Source: Actinomycetes bacterium
Lineage (GTDB): Bacteria > Actinomycetota > CADDZG01 > JAHWKV01
Direction of reading: 5' to 3'
DNA: 60,846 nt
Assembly: GCA_029263075.1 (NCBI GenBank)
Contig: JAJCYE010000034.1
Location: forward strand, 1 to 60,846
A program made the translations under genes and the position numbers. The notes beneath the pieces are model-generated. The model made no database searches. It worked only from the letters and a program-made list of their open reading frames with translations, and had not been told where the DNA came from. Position 1 is the stretch's first letter. Each line of letters begins with the position of its first letter. Shown one piece after another: positions 46,203-57,319 of the stretch.

Positions 46203-47243
46203 TTATTTCAGGCTCAACAGGTAGGCGGTCAGATCGTCGATCTGCTCATCCGTCAGGTTCAGCTGCGGCATCTTTGAACCGGGCTTGAGCTCCGGAGGAT
46301 CGTTGAGCCACGCCTTCAAATTTTCTTCGTTCATCTCGAACATCGAGCCTGCAAACCGGGTGCGACTGCCCACGTGGGTGAGGTTCGGGCCGACAATGCC
46401 CGCCGCGTCGCTGCCTTGGACTGCGTGACAGGCGACACACATCTGGCCATCGGCGAAGACGCCGGTCATAAACAGGTCTTCACCTTCCTGTACCGACGCG
46501 TCGCTCGCTGCATCTTCCAGTTGATCGGCAACCCACTGGTCGAAGTCGGCCGGCTCGTGGGCAATGGCCTTGGCACGCATGTTGGCATGCGACAAACCGC
46601 AGTACTCCGCACACTGGCCCAGGTACTCGCCCGGCTTGGTTGCCTCAATGGTCATGTGGTTGATCCGGCCCGGAACCACGTCCTGCTTGCCGGCCAGCTT
46701 GGGAATCCAGTAGCTGTGGATGACATCAACCGACTTGAGAGTCAGGTAAACCGGACGGTCGGTGGGGATGTGCAGTTCGTTGGCGGTGACGACACCGTTG
46801 TCGTACTTGTACTCCCACCACCACTGGTGTCCGATGACTTCAACCTGGAGTGCATCCGCAGGCTCCCGGGCCTGGTCGAAGATCACCGGGACGGTCATGA
46901 ACGCGATGCCGGTGAGGATGACGGCCGGGATGGCGGTCCAGATCAACTCAAACTTGGTGTGTCCTTCGATCTGGCGGGGCGAACCATGGGCTTTGCCCTC
47001 ACGGTATTTGAAGAGGATGAAGATGAGGCCACCCTCCACCGCAATGAAGACGAAGGCGGCGATGCCGAAGGTCACGTCCCACAGGCGGTCGGCCTGAATG
47101 GCCCGGGGGCCCTCGGGGTACAGGTAGTTCATCGGGGCATCCGCCGAGATACACGCGCTTAGCAGCAGCGTGGAGGCGAGGGCCACCAAACGAACGACGT
47201 AATTAAGTTTGCTTCGAGCGCGTTTGCGCAGAGGTCGATCCAT
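46203..47243 (-). CDS. ctaC: Cytochrome c oxidase subunit II with fused cytochrome c (caa3)
   Basis: Lipobox LSAC, QWWW, DVIHS, CAEYCGLSHANM (CuA), CVACH...KPGSKMP (heme c). Confidence 0.96.
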   Translation of the reverse strand: MDRPLRKRARSKLNYVVRLVALASTLLLSACISADAPMNYLYPEGPRAIQADRLWDVTFGIAAFVFIAVEGGLIFILFKYREGKAHGSPRQIEGHTKFELIWTAIPAVILTGIAFMTVPVIFDQAREPADALQVEVIGHQWWWEYKYDNGVVTANELHIPTDRPVYLTLKSVDVIHSYWIPKLAGKQDVVPGRINHMTIEATKPGEYLGQCAEYCGLSHANMRAKAIAHEPADFDQWVADQLEDAASDASVQEGEDLFMTGVFADGQMCVACHAVQGSDAAGIVGPNLTHVGSRTRFAGSMFEMNEENLKAWLNDPPELKPGSKMPQLNLTDEQIDDLTAYLLSLK

Positions 47244-47294
47244 CGGAATTGGATGCTAGCAGATACAGTGGATCGATCCCCTTGGAAACGTCCT

Positions 47295-48413
47295 ATGAAC
47301 GCTAAAAAGTCTGTAGTTGGGCAGAAGTCCAGCCTGGAGACGGTCCGATCTCAGATCGATCTCGCCCTCCAAACGCGCCTGGACGAGGTCCGAGCCGGGT
47401 TTGTGGCGAGCTCAAGCCAACGAATCGTCGAGGAAGTTACGAGGGCAACCATTCGCCAGGGAGGCCGGATCCGGCCCCTACTCTGCTGCTGCGGTTACGC
47501 CGCGTGCGGGGGCGCCGGAGGCCCCTCGGACAAGCGAATAATCCAGGCCGCGGCCAGCCTCGAACTGCTGCACACCTTCGCGATCCTGCACGACGACGTC
47601 ATGGACGGATCGTCCCTTCGCCGGGGGGAACCGACCGTTCACCGGAGGCTGGCCGACGAACATCGGTCGTCCGGGGTGCCCGGAGACTCAGAGCGCCACG
47701 GCATCTCGGTGGCGATACTGGCCGGCGACCTGGCGCTCGTTATCTCCGACTACCTGATGGCCCAGTCCGGATTCGGTTCCGACCTGCTGGCCGACGCCGC
47801 AGTCCCGATTACCCGGATGCGCCTGGACGCCATCGCAGGCCAGTACCTGGACCTCAACCACAGCGGCCGGGGAGTGGCCGACCCCAACCTGACCGCCCGA
47901 ATCGCCCGGCTGAAGACCGGAAGCTACAGCGTCGAGGGCCCACTGCTGGTGGGAGCCACGCTCGCAGGAGGCGGCGAGGCGGCCATCGACGCCCTCCAGA
48001 GATTCGCCCGGCCGCTGGGCGAAGCGTTCCAGTTGACCGACGATCTGTTGGGGATGTTCGGGGACCCGCAGGTGACGGGCAAGAGCGCAGAGGCCGATCT
48101 GCGACAGGGCAAGCCGACCTCGCTCATGGCCCAGAGTCTTGCCCTGGTAGACACCACGACCAGACAACACATCCTCGAGGTTTGGGGGAACCCCGACGCG
48201 TCGGATGAGGACCTTCAGATCCTGCGCAAGGTGGTCTACGAGTCCGGGGCCGTCAAGTCGATGATCCGGTCGATCAAACTCTTGGTCTCCGAGGCCAACG
48301 CAGCGATCGAAGACCCACCGAGCGTCGGGCTGCTTCCCGGCCCCTGCAAGCAGATGTTGAAGCTGGCCGAGTCGATAGTCGCCCGGGCTCGCGAGCTCGG
48401 ACGGCCGGGCTAA
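47295..48413 (+). CDS. Polyprenyl synthetase (GGPP/FPP synthase family)
   Basis: GGRIRP, ELLH...LHDDVMD...RRG, GQYLD, KT, FQLTDD; start uncertain (47253 possible). Confidence 0.9.
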   Translation: MNAKKSVVGQKSSLETVRSQIDLALQTRLDEVRAGFVASSSQRIVEEVTRATIRQGGRIRPLLCCCGYAACGGAGGPSDKRIIQAAASLELLHTFAILHDDVMDGSSLRRGEPTVHRRLADEHRSSGVPGDSERHGISVAILAGDLALVISDYLMAQSGFGSDLLADAAVPITRMRLDAIAGQYLDLNHSGRGVADPNLTARIARLKTGSYSVEGPLLVGATLAGGGEAAIDALQRFARPLGEAFQLTDDLLGMFGDPQVTGKSAEADLRQGKPTSLMAQSLALVDTTTRQHILEVWGNPDASDEDLQILRKVVYESGAVKSMIRSIKLLVSEANAAIEDPPSVGLLPGPCKQMLKLAESIVARARELGRPG

Positions 48414-48414
48414 G

Positions 48415-48999
48415 TTGGCTTCGTTCGGCGGGCCGTTTAGGGTCCGCCGGCCCTCGTCGGACAGGCTTGAGCAGCTCTTGGAGCACCAGCGGACCCTCCC
48501 ACTGACCTACTCCGAGGTCGGGGCCACCCGGGGAATCACACCGCCCGGTTACGTCGCCGAACACCTTTCAGTTCGGCTCGGCTCGGGGTCGCAAACCTTC
48601 CTGCGAGGGGCCTCTGCCCTGCGGGATTGGGCAGCTCAACGTGGAGCGGGGATCCAGCTGACCCCGAGAAGCCCTGAAATCGCTCAGGACGAGTGCGTTT
48701 TGATGCTGCTACGCCTCATGGGCGGTTACGTCACCGCGACCGCACGGATCGTCTACGTCGTGGATGAGCCGGATCGTTTTGGATTTGCCTACGGCACCCT
48801 CCCCCTCCATCCCGTCCGCGGGGAAGAGGCGTTCATGGTGAGCCGGGACGCCGGCGGCAACGTCACCTACAGCATCGACGTTTTCTCTAAACCGAACCAC
48901 CTCCTGACGCGCCTCGGTCGCCCCTTCTCCCGGCTGGTCCAAAAAAGCACCACCCGCCGGTACATGCGGTCAATGCAGGAGGCGGTCCGAGCCGAATAG
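48415..48999 (+). CDS. DUF1990 family protein
   Basis: LTYSEVGAT, LGSG..F, RFGFAYGTLP.HP..GEE.F. Confidence 0.9.
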   Translation: MASFGGPFRVRRPSSDRLEQLLEHQRTLPLTYSEVGATRGITPPGYVAEHLSVRLGSGSQTFLRGASALRDWAAQRGAGIQLTPRSPEIAQDECVLMLLRLMGGYVTATARIVYVVDEPDRFGFAYGTLPLHPVRGEEAFMVSRDAGGNVTYSIDVFSKPNHLLTRLGRPFSRLVQKSTTRRYMRSMQEAVRAE

Positions 49000-49008
49000 C
49001 CCCGGACG

Positions 49009-49044
49009 CGCAGGAGCCCCCGGATCGCTCCGGGGGCTCCTGCG
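49009..49044. terminator. 16-bp-stem hairpin between convergent DUF1990 and groEL
   Basis: CGCAGGAGCCCCCGGA-tcgc-TCCGGGGGCTCCTGCG. Confidence 0.8.
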
Positions 49045-49062
49045 AGACAGTTCGGGAAGGCT

Positions 49063-50712
<1,650 letters not shown>

Positions 50713-50773
50713 ACAAAACCTCCTCTGAGGGCTGACCCGCCCTCCTAGAGCTGGCAGTCCTACCACTAAAGCG

Positions 50774-50800
50774 TTAGCACTCCCGAGTCTAGAGTGCTAA
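50774..50800. promoter_or_regulatory. CIRCE (HrcA operator)
   Basis: Perfect TTAGCACTC-N9-GAGTGCTAA; degenerate extra half-site CTGGCAGTC at 50751-50759. Confidence 0.95.
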
Positions 50801-50960
50801 CCGGGTTATGACAAATGGTTGCCATCGGAGTGTTCGCAGTCCGGGCAAGACCGACGCGGCAGGGTCGCTCGCCACAACTTGGCTTTGATTTATCCCTATT
50901 AGTCACTTACTATTGTGCCGAAGCATTCGGCGGCAGATTTTCAGGTTGTAGGAGAGACAT

Positions 50961-51401
50961 TTGGCTCACCCCAAACAAGTAGATTCCGCAGTTCCCCGGG
51001 CTAAGGCTGCCCTTCACTTCGCGTTGCCCGCGATCGCCTTCCTTATCGGCCCGTCGCCGGCGCAGTTCATTTTGGCTTTCACCGGTTTGATCATGGCCGC
51101 CAGCGTGCTGGGCGGACCCCGGTTCAGCCTGTTCGGGCGCCTATTCAAAGCGGTGCGTCCGGCGCTGGGTATCGGACCGGGCAAGTTGGAAGCCGTGACA
51201 CCCCACCGTTTCGCCGAGGCCGTCGGGTCCGCAACCTTGCTGGCCGCGGCTGCCCTCTACGCCGCCGGAGCCAGCGTTGGCGGAGGGGTCCTCACTTTGA
51301 TTGTCGCTTCCCTTGCGCTGCTGAACGCAGCCGCCGGTATCTGCATCGGATGCCAGATGTACCTGCTGCTCAAGCGCTTCAGCGGCGGGGCGACCGCCTG
51401 A
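50961..51401 (+). CDS. DUF4395 membrane protein
   Basis: VD...PR, P.RFAE.VG, LNAAAGICIGCQMY. Confidence 0.88.
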   Translation: MAHPKQVDSAVPRAKAALHFALPAIAFLIGPSPAQFILAFTGLIMAASVLGGPRFSLFGRLFKAVRPALGIGPGKLEAVTPHRFAEAVGSATLLAAAALYAAGASVGGGVLTLIVASLALLNAAAGICIGCQMYLLLKRFSGGATA

Positions 51402-51805
51402 TGGAACTGGCCTTTCGTCTGTTGATACTGCTGGGGGTGGGTGGAGCCGCGACTTTCACCAGCTTCGCACTCAAAAGGTACTTCAACAATGCCGAGCTAC
51501 CGACCCGGTTCGACCGGGCCGACGTCGAACTGTCGCACCAGGGGCCGATGCTCGTGGAGTTCACCAGCCCCTACTGCTACGAGTGCCAGCAGGCGTACCC
51601 CCTACTGCAAGCCGCGTCGGCCAAGCACTCCGCGCCCCTTGCGGTGATCGACGCCAAGGACCGGCCCGACCTGACCGCCAAGTACTCCATCCGCACCACG
51701 CCGACCATCCTCGTGGTGGACGGCAAAGGGAAGGTGATCACCGGCTGGCTGGACATGAGCCCGTCGCCGGATCAATTGACCGAGGCGCTGGCCGTCGTCC
51801 GCTAG
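51401..51805 (+). CDS. Membrane-anchored thioredoxin family protein
   Basis: N-terminal TM, EFTSPYCYEC, cis-Pro TTPT; TGATG coupling to DUF4395. Confidence 0.88.
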   Translation: MELAFRLLILLGVGGAATFTSFALKRYFNNAELPTRFDRADVELSHQGPMLVEFTSPYCYECQQAYPLLQAASAKHSAPLAVIDAKDRPDLTAKYSIRTTPTILVVDGKGKVITGWLDMSPSPDQLTEALAVVR

Positions 51806-51859
51806 ACCGGGCCCCCAAAGGTCCGGGTTGTGCCCGGGCCGGCGGGAAAGTTATGTTCG

Positions 51860-52126
51860 CTAGCCGCCCGCTACCGCAGGCAGGATAGACACCAGGTTGC
51901 CGCTGGCCAGCGGCGTGTTGAGGCCATCCAGGAAACGTACGTCCTCATCGCCGACGTAAATATTTACGAAGCGACGGATTTCGCCCTTTTCATCCAGAAG
52001 GCGATCGGCCAAATCCGGGTGCTCCAGCTTGATCTTGCCCAGCAACTGGCGCATATCCGAAGCACCGTCAACGCTCAACTCGGCCTGGCCGCCGGTTAAC
52101 GTGCGCAACTGGGTGGGGACTTTCAC
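51860..52126 (-). CDS. moaD: MoaD/ThiS sulfur-carrier protein
   Basis: PTQLR...RRFVNIYV..EDVRFL.GL.T...ILPAVAGG with C-terminal GG. Confidence 0.93.
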   Translation of the reverse strand: MKVPTQLRTLTGGQAELSVDGASDMRQLLGKIKLEHPDLADRLLDEKGEIRRFVNIYVGDEDVRFLDGLNTPLASGNLVSILPAVAGG

Positions 52127-53367
52127 TCGTACGCTGATAGCAGCCTCATCTCCTCTTCGAATTTCTCCAGGTCACCCGAGATGTGAACATTGGGGCCGAC
52201 TCGGCCCGTAAGGGCTTCCGCGGTCTTCAGGCCCATCCCGGTGATCAGTGCCACCACCGACTCTCCCGGCTTAAAGGCGCCCCGCTCGGCCATTTTCTTC
52301 AATGCGCCAATGGTTACGCCGCCGGCGGTCTCGGCAAATACACCTTCGGTTGACGCCAGCAGGCGGATCGCGCTGACGATCTCCTCGTCGGTGACGTCCT
52401 CCCCCATGCCGCCGGTGTCGTTGACGGCCGACACCGCATAGTAGCCGTCGGCAGGGTTGCCGATTGCCAGCGACTTGGCGATGGTGTCCGGCCTGACCGG
52501 GCGGATGGTGTCGACGCCTGCCTTAATGGCGGTCACCACCGGATTGCAACCCAGCGCCTGAGCGGCATGGACCTTGGTGTGGGGAGCGGCGTCGGTAATC
52601 CCGACCTTGTAGAACTCCTCCAGGCCCTTGCGGAACTTGGTCAACAAAGACCCACTTGCCACCGGCACCACAACGTGGTCGGGGGCCTGCCATCCGAGTT
52701 GCTCGGCCACCTCGAACGCCAGCGTCTTGGAGCCCTCGGAGTAGTACGGCCGCAGATTTACGTTGACGAAGCCCCACTCCCCCTTCTGGGCGATCTCCGA
52801 GCACAACTTGTTCACGTGGTCGTAGTTGCCGTCCACGGCGATGACGTTTCCCCCGTAAACGGCGGTGGTCAGGATCTTGTTCTGTTCCAGGTTGGCCGGG
52901 ATGAACACGAAGGACCTGAGGCCGGCCCGTGCCGCGTGGGCCGCCACTGCGTTGGCCAGGTTGCCGGTGGAGGCGCAGGCAACCGTGTTGAAGCCCATCT
53001 CGCGGGCAACGGTAAGGGCCACACTGACCACCCGGTCCTTGAACGAGTGGGTGGGGTTGGCGGTGTCGTTTTTGATGTAGAGGTTGTCGATCCCCAACTC
53101 CGCACCCAGACGTGGGCACTTGAGGAGCGGCGTAAGGCCGGCGCCTATGTCGATCCGATCGGTCTCCGAGTCCACCGGGAGAAGATCAACGTACCGCCAG
53201 ATGGACTGAGGGCCCGCCTGAATCGTCTCGCGGGTCATGCGGTCGGCTATCGATCCGTAGTCGTAGACCGGCTCCAGGGGGGCGAAACAGAAGTCGCAAA
53301 CATAGATGGCGGCGGCTTCGTAGGTACGTCCACACTCTCTGCATTCCAGCTTCTCTACTCTGGCCAC
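52123..53367 (-). CDS. thrC: Threonine synthase-like PLP enzyme (probably sulfur-carrier-dependent homocysteine synthase type)
   Basis: CRECG/CDFC, NPTHSFKDR, CASTGNLA, EGSKT, KSLAIGNPADG, TG.GLKT. Confidence 0.9.
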   Translation of the reverse strand: MARVEKLECRECGRTYEAAAIYVCDFCFAPLEPVYDYGSIADRMTRETIQAGPQSIWRYVDLLPVDSETDRIDIGAGLTPLLKCPRLGAELGIDNLYIKNDTANPTHSFKDRVVSVALTVAREMGFNTVACASTGNLANAVAAHAARAGLRSFVFIPANLEQNKILTTAVYGGNVIAVDGNYDHVNKLCSEIAQKGEWGFVNVNLRPYYSEGSKTLAFEVAEQLGWQAPDHVVVPVASGSLLTKFRKGLEEFYKVGITDAAPHTKVHAAQALGCNPVVTAIKAGVDTIRPVRPDTIAKSLAIGNPADGYYAVSAVNDTGGMGEDVTDEEIVSAIRLLASTEGVFAETAGGVTIGALKKMAERGAFKPGESVVALITGMGLKTAEALTGRVGPNVHISGDLEKFEEEMRLLSAYE

Positions 53368-53384
53368 TTTTACACCCTTCAAAT

Positions 53385-53411
53385 AAAAAATCGCCTACCG
53401 ATGGCAGGCGA
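53385..53411 (-). terminator. Riboswitch expression-platform terminator
   Basis: TCGCCTGCC-atc-GGTAGGCGA followed by TTTTTT on the minus strand. Confidence 0.8.
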
Positions 53412-53427
53412 CCCGGATGTTGACCTG

Positions 53428-53538
53428 CTCATCTTCCCCGGGATCAACCGGGCGGGAATTAGCACCTTTCAGTCGTTGTTAGCCGACTGACGGCTGCCGA
53501 GGCGTCACAGGGCCCGTCCCTAAGCCTCTCTTGATGAG
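53428..53538 (-). ncRNA. SAM-I (S-box) riboswitch
   Basis: CUCAUCAAGAG-AGGCUUAGGGA-CGGGCCCUG-UGACGCCUC-GGCAGCC...GGUGCUAAUUCC...GGAAGAUGAG; P1 CUCAUC/GAUGAG. Confidence 0.93.
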
Positions 53539-53602
53539 GAAATAACCATCGCACCGACCCCTGTCCGTGTCAAACCAGATCTCAGGGAAAGAATGTTTGT
53601 AC

Positions 53603-54889
53603 TTAGGATCCCTTTTTGGCCTCGGCGGGTTTCTCGCTCCGGGTGGGGGGCTCGGTGCCGCCCCCCTTGGACTTCGGCAGGCGTTTGGTGGTGGCGTCGG
53701 CCGGCAGTTCGGGTTCTGGGATCCCGGGCTCGACGTCCGGATGATCGACACCGGCCGCGGCGCGTTGGTAGTCCCAGTTCCCCAGCACCCGGGTTTCGTA
53801 GTAGTGGACGAACAGGATTTTGGCGACGCCCATCATGGGTACAGCCAGCAACATGCCCCAGATGCCACCCAGCGACGCACCGAGAATCAGGGCGATCATC
53901 ACCGCCACCGGGTGGAGGCGCACAGCCCAGCCCATCACTTTTGGGCTGATGAAATGGTTGTCGATCTGCTGGACTATCAACATCGCCACTGCCGCCTTGA
54001 TCGATAGGGAAGGTCCGCCCTCAATGGCCCCCACGATTGTGGCGGCGGCCCCTCCAACGAACGGTCCGATAAGCGGAATGATGTTGAAGAACCCCGCGAG
54101 CAGCCCAATGGGCAGCCAGAAGGGCAGGCCGATGATGGCAAATGCCACACAGGACATCACACCGACGATCGCGGCAACCAGGAGCTGGCCCCTAAAGAAG
54201 GCCCCCACGGTGTTGCCGATTCGCTCCAGGACCGGTAGCAACTCCTCCCGGTACCGAGGAGGCATGTAGTGGAGCCCGGCTTTTTTGATTTTGGGCAGGT
54301 CTATCAGCAGGTACGCAGCAAAAACCGGCGCCAGGATGAAGTTGAGGATGGTGTGGAGTGCGCCCGTGGCGAACCGGCCGGCGCCGGCAAACAACCGGCT
54401 GCCCCAATCTTCAATGAACGAAGATCCGCCCGCACCGTTGCCATCCCCCACCTGCCCTTCGTCCACCAGGGTGCCTAGACCAACCGCGCTCAGGTCGATG
54501 TTGAGCCGGTCGGCAAAGCTCTCGATGCCAGAAATGGTGTCGGCCTGGATTTGGGGGCCCCGGTCAACAAGGGCGTTGATTTGCGCGGCAAGCGGAGGCA
54601 CCAACAACGAAAGCCCCAATGCGACCGCCCCAATGAACACCAGGTAGATCAAAGCGGTTCCCAGGCCCCTACGGACCCGGTGGCGCTCCAACCGGCTAAC
54701 CATAGGGTTCAGCAGGAATATCAGGATCAGCGCCAAAGCAATGGGGGGGAACACATCCCGCAGATAGGCGAGCAGATAGGCAACCGAGCCGGCCAGGGCA
54801 AGGCACCCGATCAATGACCACGACACAATTCCGGCCCGCCGAAAGCTGTCACTCGGTTTTGCGCCCTGGCGACGATTGGTGACAGTCAC
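53603..54889 (-). CDS. AI-2E family transporter
   Basis: LLNPMV, FRGQL, IPLIGP, QQIDNH.ISP, LHPV...LLAVP. Confidence 0.92.
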   Translation of the reverse strand: MTVTNRRQGAKPSDSFRRAGIVSWSLIGCLALAGSVAYLLAYLRDVFPPIALALILIFLLNPMVSRLERHRVRRGLGTALIYLVFIGAVALGLSLLVPPLAAQINALVDRGPQIQADTISGIESFADRLNIDLSAVGLGTLVDEGQVGDGNGAGGSSFIEDWGSRLFAGAGRFATGALHTILNFILAPVFAAYLLIDLPKIKKAGLHYMPPRYREELLPVLERIGNTVGAFFRGQLLVAAIVGVMSCVAFAIIGLPFWLPIGLLAGFFNIIPLIGPFVGGAAATIVGAIEGGPSLSIKAAVAMLIVQQIDNHFISPKVMGWAVRLHPVAVMIALILGASLGGIWGMLLAVPMMGVAKILFVHYYETRVLGNWDYQRAAAGVDHPDVEPGIPEPELPADATTKRLPKSKGGGTEPPTRSEKPAEAKKGS

Positions 54890-54966
54890 CCCCGAAGTAT
54901 AAGGTCGGTGCCCCCCCGTTCGGCGGAGCGAATTTCAGCGATGAAGTCCTCGGGTAGTCTTGTGAC

Positions 54967-56499
54967 GTGTCTGATACAGAACCTGTGCCAAGCCCGCTGA
55001 ACGACCCCTCCTTTTCGCTGTCCGAGGTCCTTAAGGACCGCTCTCTGGTGATCGCCTCCAACCGGGGGCCGGTCAAGTACGAGGCCGATGAACAGGGCGA
55101 TCTCGTCGCCAGCCGCGGGGCCGGTGGTTTGGTTACCGCACTTACCGACGTGATGAAGCACGCGGACGGCCTGTGGGTCGCAGCTGCGCTCACCCCCGGC
55201 GACCGAAAGATGGTCCGCAACCACCCGGAAGGCCACCTGGTAGCACCCCTGGACGACGCAGAACTGCGACTGCGCTATCTGACCTTCGACCGCGACACCT
55301 TCGACCGCTACTACAACCGAATCTCCAACTCGGTCTTTTGGTTCTTGAACCACAGCATGTGGAACCTGCCTATGCACCCCCGCTTTACCGCCCGCTGGCG
55401 GCGGGACTGGGATGCCTTCAAAGAGGTCAACCGCATTTTCGCCGAGGCGCTGGCTCAGGAGATCTCCGGCTCCGAATCGAAAACGCCGGTGATGCTCCAC
55501 GACTACCACCTGACCCTGGTCGCCAAGTACCTGCGGGAACTGGTCCCGTCGGCGTTCGCCTACCACTTCACCCACACCCCGTGGGCCCAACCCGACATGA
55601 TGCGGGTACTGCCCGGCGATATGGCCAAAGAGATCCTCGAAGGCATGCTGGCCAACGATCTTGTCGGATTTCAGGCCCGGCGGTGGTCCCAGAACTTCAT
55701 GTTGTGCTGCCAGGATCTACTGGGTGCCGACATCGATTTCGAACACGGTTTGGTCCACCACAAGCAGATCAGCACCGTGGTGCGGGACTACCCCATCTCC
55801 ATCGATGCCACGGCGGTCCGCAAACTGGCGCACTCGCCCGACGCCGCCAAACACCTCCGGTGGCTGGACCGGGTACTGGAGGGTCGCAAACTGATCCTCA
55901 GGATCGATCGCCTGGAACTCTCCAAGAACGTGGTCCGGGGATTTAAGGCCTACGAGACCATGCTCAACAGCCATCCCGAACTGATGGGCCGGGTGGTTCA
56001 CGTCGCTCTGCTCTACCCATCACGCCGGGCTATCCCCGAGTACCGCAACTACGAAGCTGAGGTTCTGGCCTTCCACGACCAGGTCAACAAGGAGTTGGGT
56101 ACCGACGACTGGCAGCCGATCGTGCTGATAAACGAGGACAACTACGTCAGGGCTTTGGCGTGTAGCCGCCGGTACGACGTGCTTATGGTCAACCCCATCC
56201 TCGACGGAATGAACCTGGTCGCAAAAGAGGGACCCACCGTCAACGAGGTCGACGGGGTGGTCGTCCTATCGAAAAACGCCGGGGCCTGGTACGAGTTGGA
56301 GTACGGAGTACTCGGCATCAACCCCTACGACATCGAGGAGATGTCGGAAGCGCTTTACCGGGGCCTGACGATGGAGCCGGAGGAGAAAAAGCGGATGGCC
56401 AAGCTCAACCGGGAAATCATCGAGCGCAACTCACCGAGCAAATGGGTCTGGCGGCAACTCAACGACATCACCCGCCTACACGACGAGTCGGGCGTTTAG
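54967..56499 (+). CDS. otsA: Trehalose-6-phosphate synthase (GT20)
   Basis: ASNRGP, GAGGLV, HDYHL, HTPW, DRLELSKN, DGMNLVAKE. Confidence 0.9.
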   Translation: MSDTEPVPSPLNDPSFSLSEVLKDRSLVIASNRGPVKYEADEQGDLVASRGAGGLVTALTDVMKHADGLWVAAALTPGDRKMVRNHPEGHLVAPLDDAELRLRYLTFDRDTFDRYYNRISNSVFWFLNHSMWNLPMHPRFTARWRRDWDAFKEVNRIFAEALAQEISGSESKTPVMLHDYHLTLVAKYLRELVPSAFAYHFTHTPWAQPDMMRVLPGDMAKEILEGMLANDLVGFQARRWSQNFMLCCQDLLGADIDFEHGLVHHKQISTVVRDYPISIDATAVRKLAHSPDAAKHLRWLDRVLEGRKLILRIDRLELSKNVVRGFKAYETMLNSHPELMGRVVHVALLYPSRRAIPEYRNYEAEVLAFHDQVNKELGTDDWQPIVLINEDNYVRALACSRRYDVLMVNPILDGMNLVAKEGPTVNEVDGVVVLSKNAGAWYELEYGVLGINPYDIEEMSEALYRGLTMEPEEKKRMAKLNREIIERNSPSKWVWRQLNDITRLHDESGV

Positions 56500-57269
56500 A
56501 GCAGACGCTTCAACAGTTCAACTACTTCCTGCGGTGAGCCGACCTGCAGGTCCGAGTTCTCGAGCATCCCCGCAGGCGCCTCCGCGGAAACCACCCCCAC
56601 CCGGATCAGGGTTCCGGGAACCACCGAAACCGACCGCTCCATCATCCCGACATCGGCGGAGTCATCGCCGGCGACCAAGACGTTGTGAACACCGGACGCG
56701 TGCACCAGGCGCTCGAAGGCCTCCGCCTTGGAGACCGACTGCGGCTTCAACTCAAGAACCATCCGGCCCACTTCGACTTTGAAGTTGTGGGCGGCGGCGG
56801 CCCGGTGCGACCACTCGGTTAGCGGGAGCGGCGCTTCGGTAAGCCCGGACTTGCGATAGTGAAGGGACAGAGCCAGGTCCTTGTTCTCCGCCTCACAACC
56901 GGTGAGCCCACGGGATCGGATCAACTCCACCGCCTCTTCGTACATCTGCTCGACGGCCAACCTCCAGCCGGCGGCCATCGGGGACTGCACCAGGCCGGAG
57001 GTGGTCATCTCCTCCGCTCCGTAGAGCCCAAAGAACCGGGGGCCCTCCACGCCCACCCTGGCAAACAGGTCCTCGGCGCCCCTGCCCGAGACAAACGCCA
57101 CCAGGGGGTAGAGCCCGGCAAGGGCCGAAAGCACCTCGGGCGCGCCGGGGACGATGGCGGCAGCACCCCTGTCCCGCACTATCGGGGCCAGCGTCCCGTC
57201 AAAATCCAAGATGATCCCGGTCCGGCTGCGCTCCCGGCGCAACAGCGCTAACTGCTCGGTGTTATCCAC
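56496..57269 (-). CDS. otsB: Trehalose-6-phosphate phosphatase
   Basis: LDFDGTLAPIV, VSGR, E.K...LHYR, GRMVLELKP, GDD..D. Confidence 0.93.
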   Translation of the reverse strand: MDNTEQLALLRRERSRTGIILDFDGTLAPIVRDRGAAAIVPGAPEVLSALAGLYPLVAFVSGRGAEDLFARVGVEGPRFFGLYGAEEMTTSGLVQSPMAAGWRLAVEQMYEEAVELIRSRGLTGCEAENKDLALSLHYRKSGLTEAPLPLTEWSHRAAAAHNFKVEVGRMVLELKPQSVSKAEAFERLVHASGVHNVLVAGDDSADVGMMERSVSVVPGTLIRVGVVSAEAPAGMLENSDLQVGSPQEVVELLKRLL

Positions 57270-57319
57270 CCCCCCACACTAGCGTCCCCAGTTCGTCCGG
57301 ACCTACTAGACTGCCCTCT

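Noticed and set aside
47244-47300. Rex or FNR box controlling the oxidase operon
   Set aside because: No TTGTGAA-N4-TTCACAA or TTGAT-N4-ATCAA match seen.
50880-50920. Rrf2/CymR-like operator in the AT-rich stretch before DUF4395
   Set aside because: No convincing dyad by eye; would need a PWM scan.
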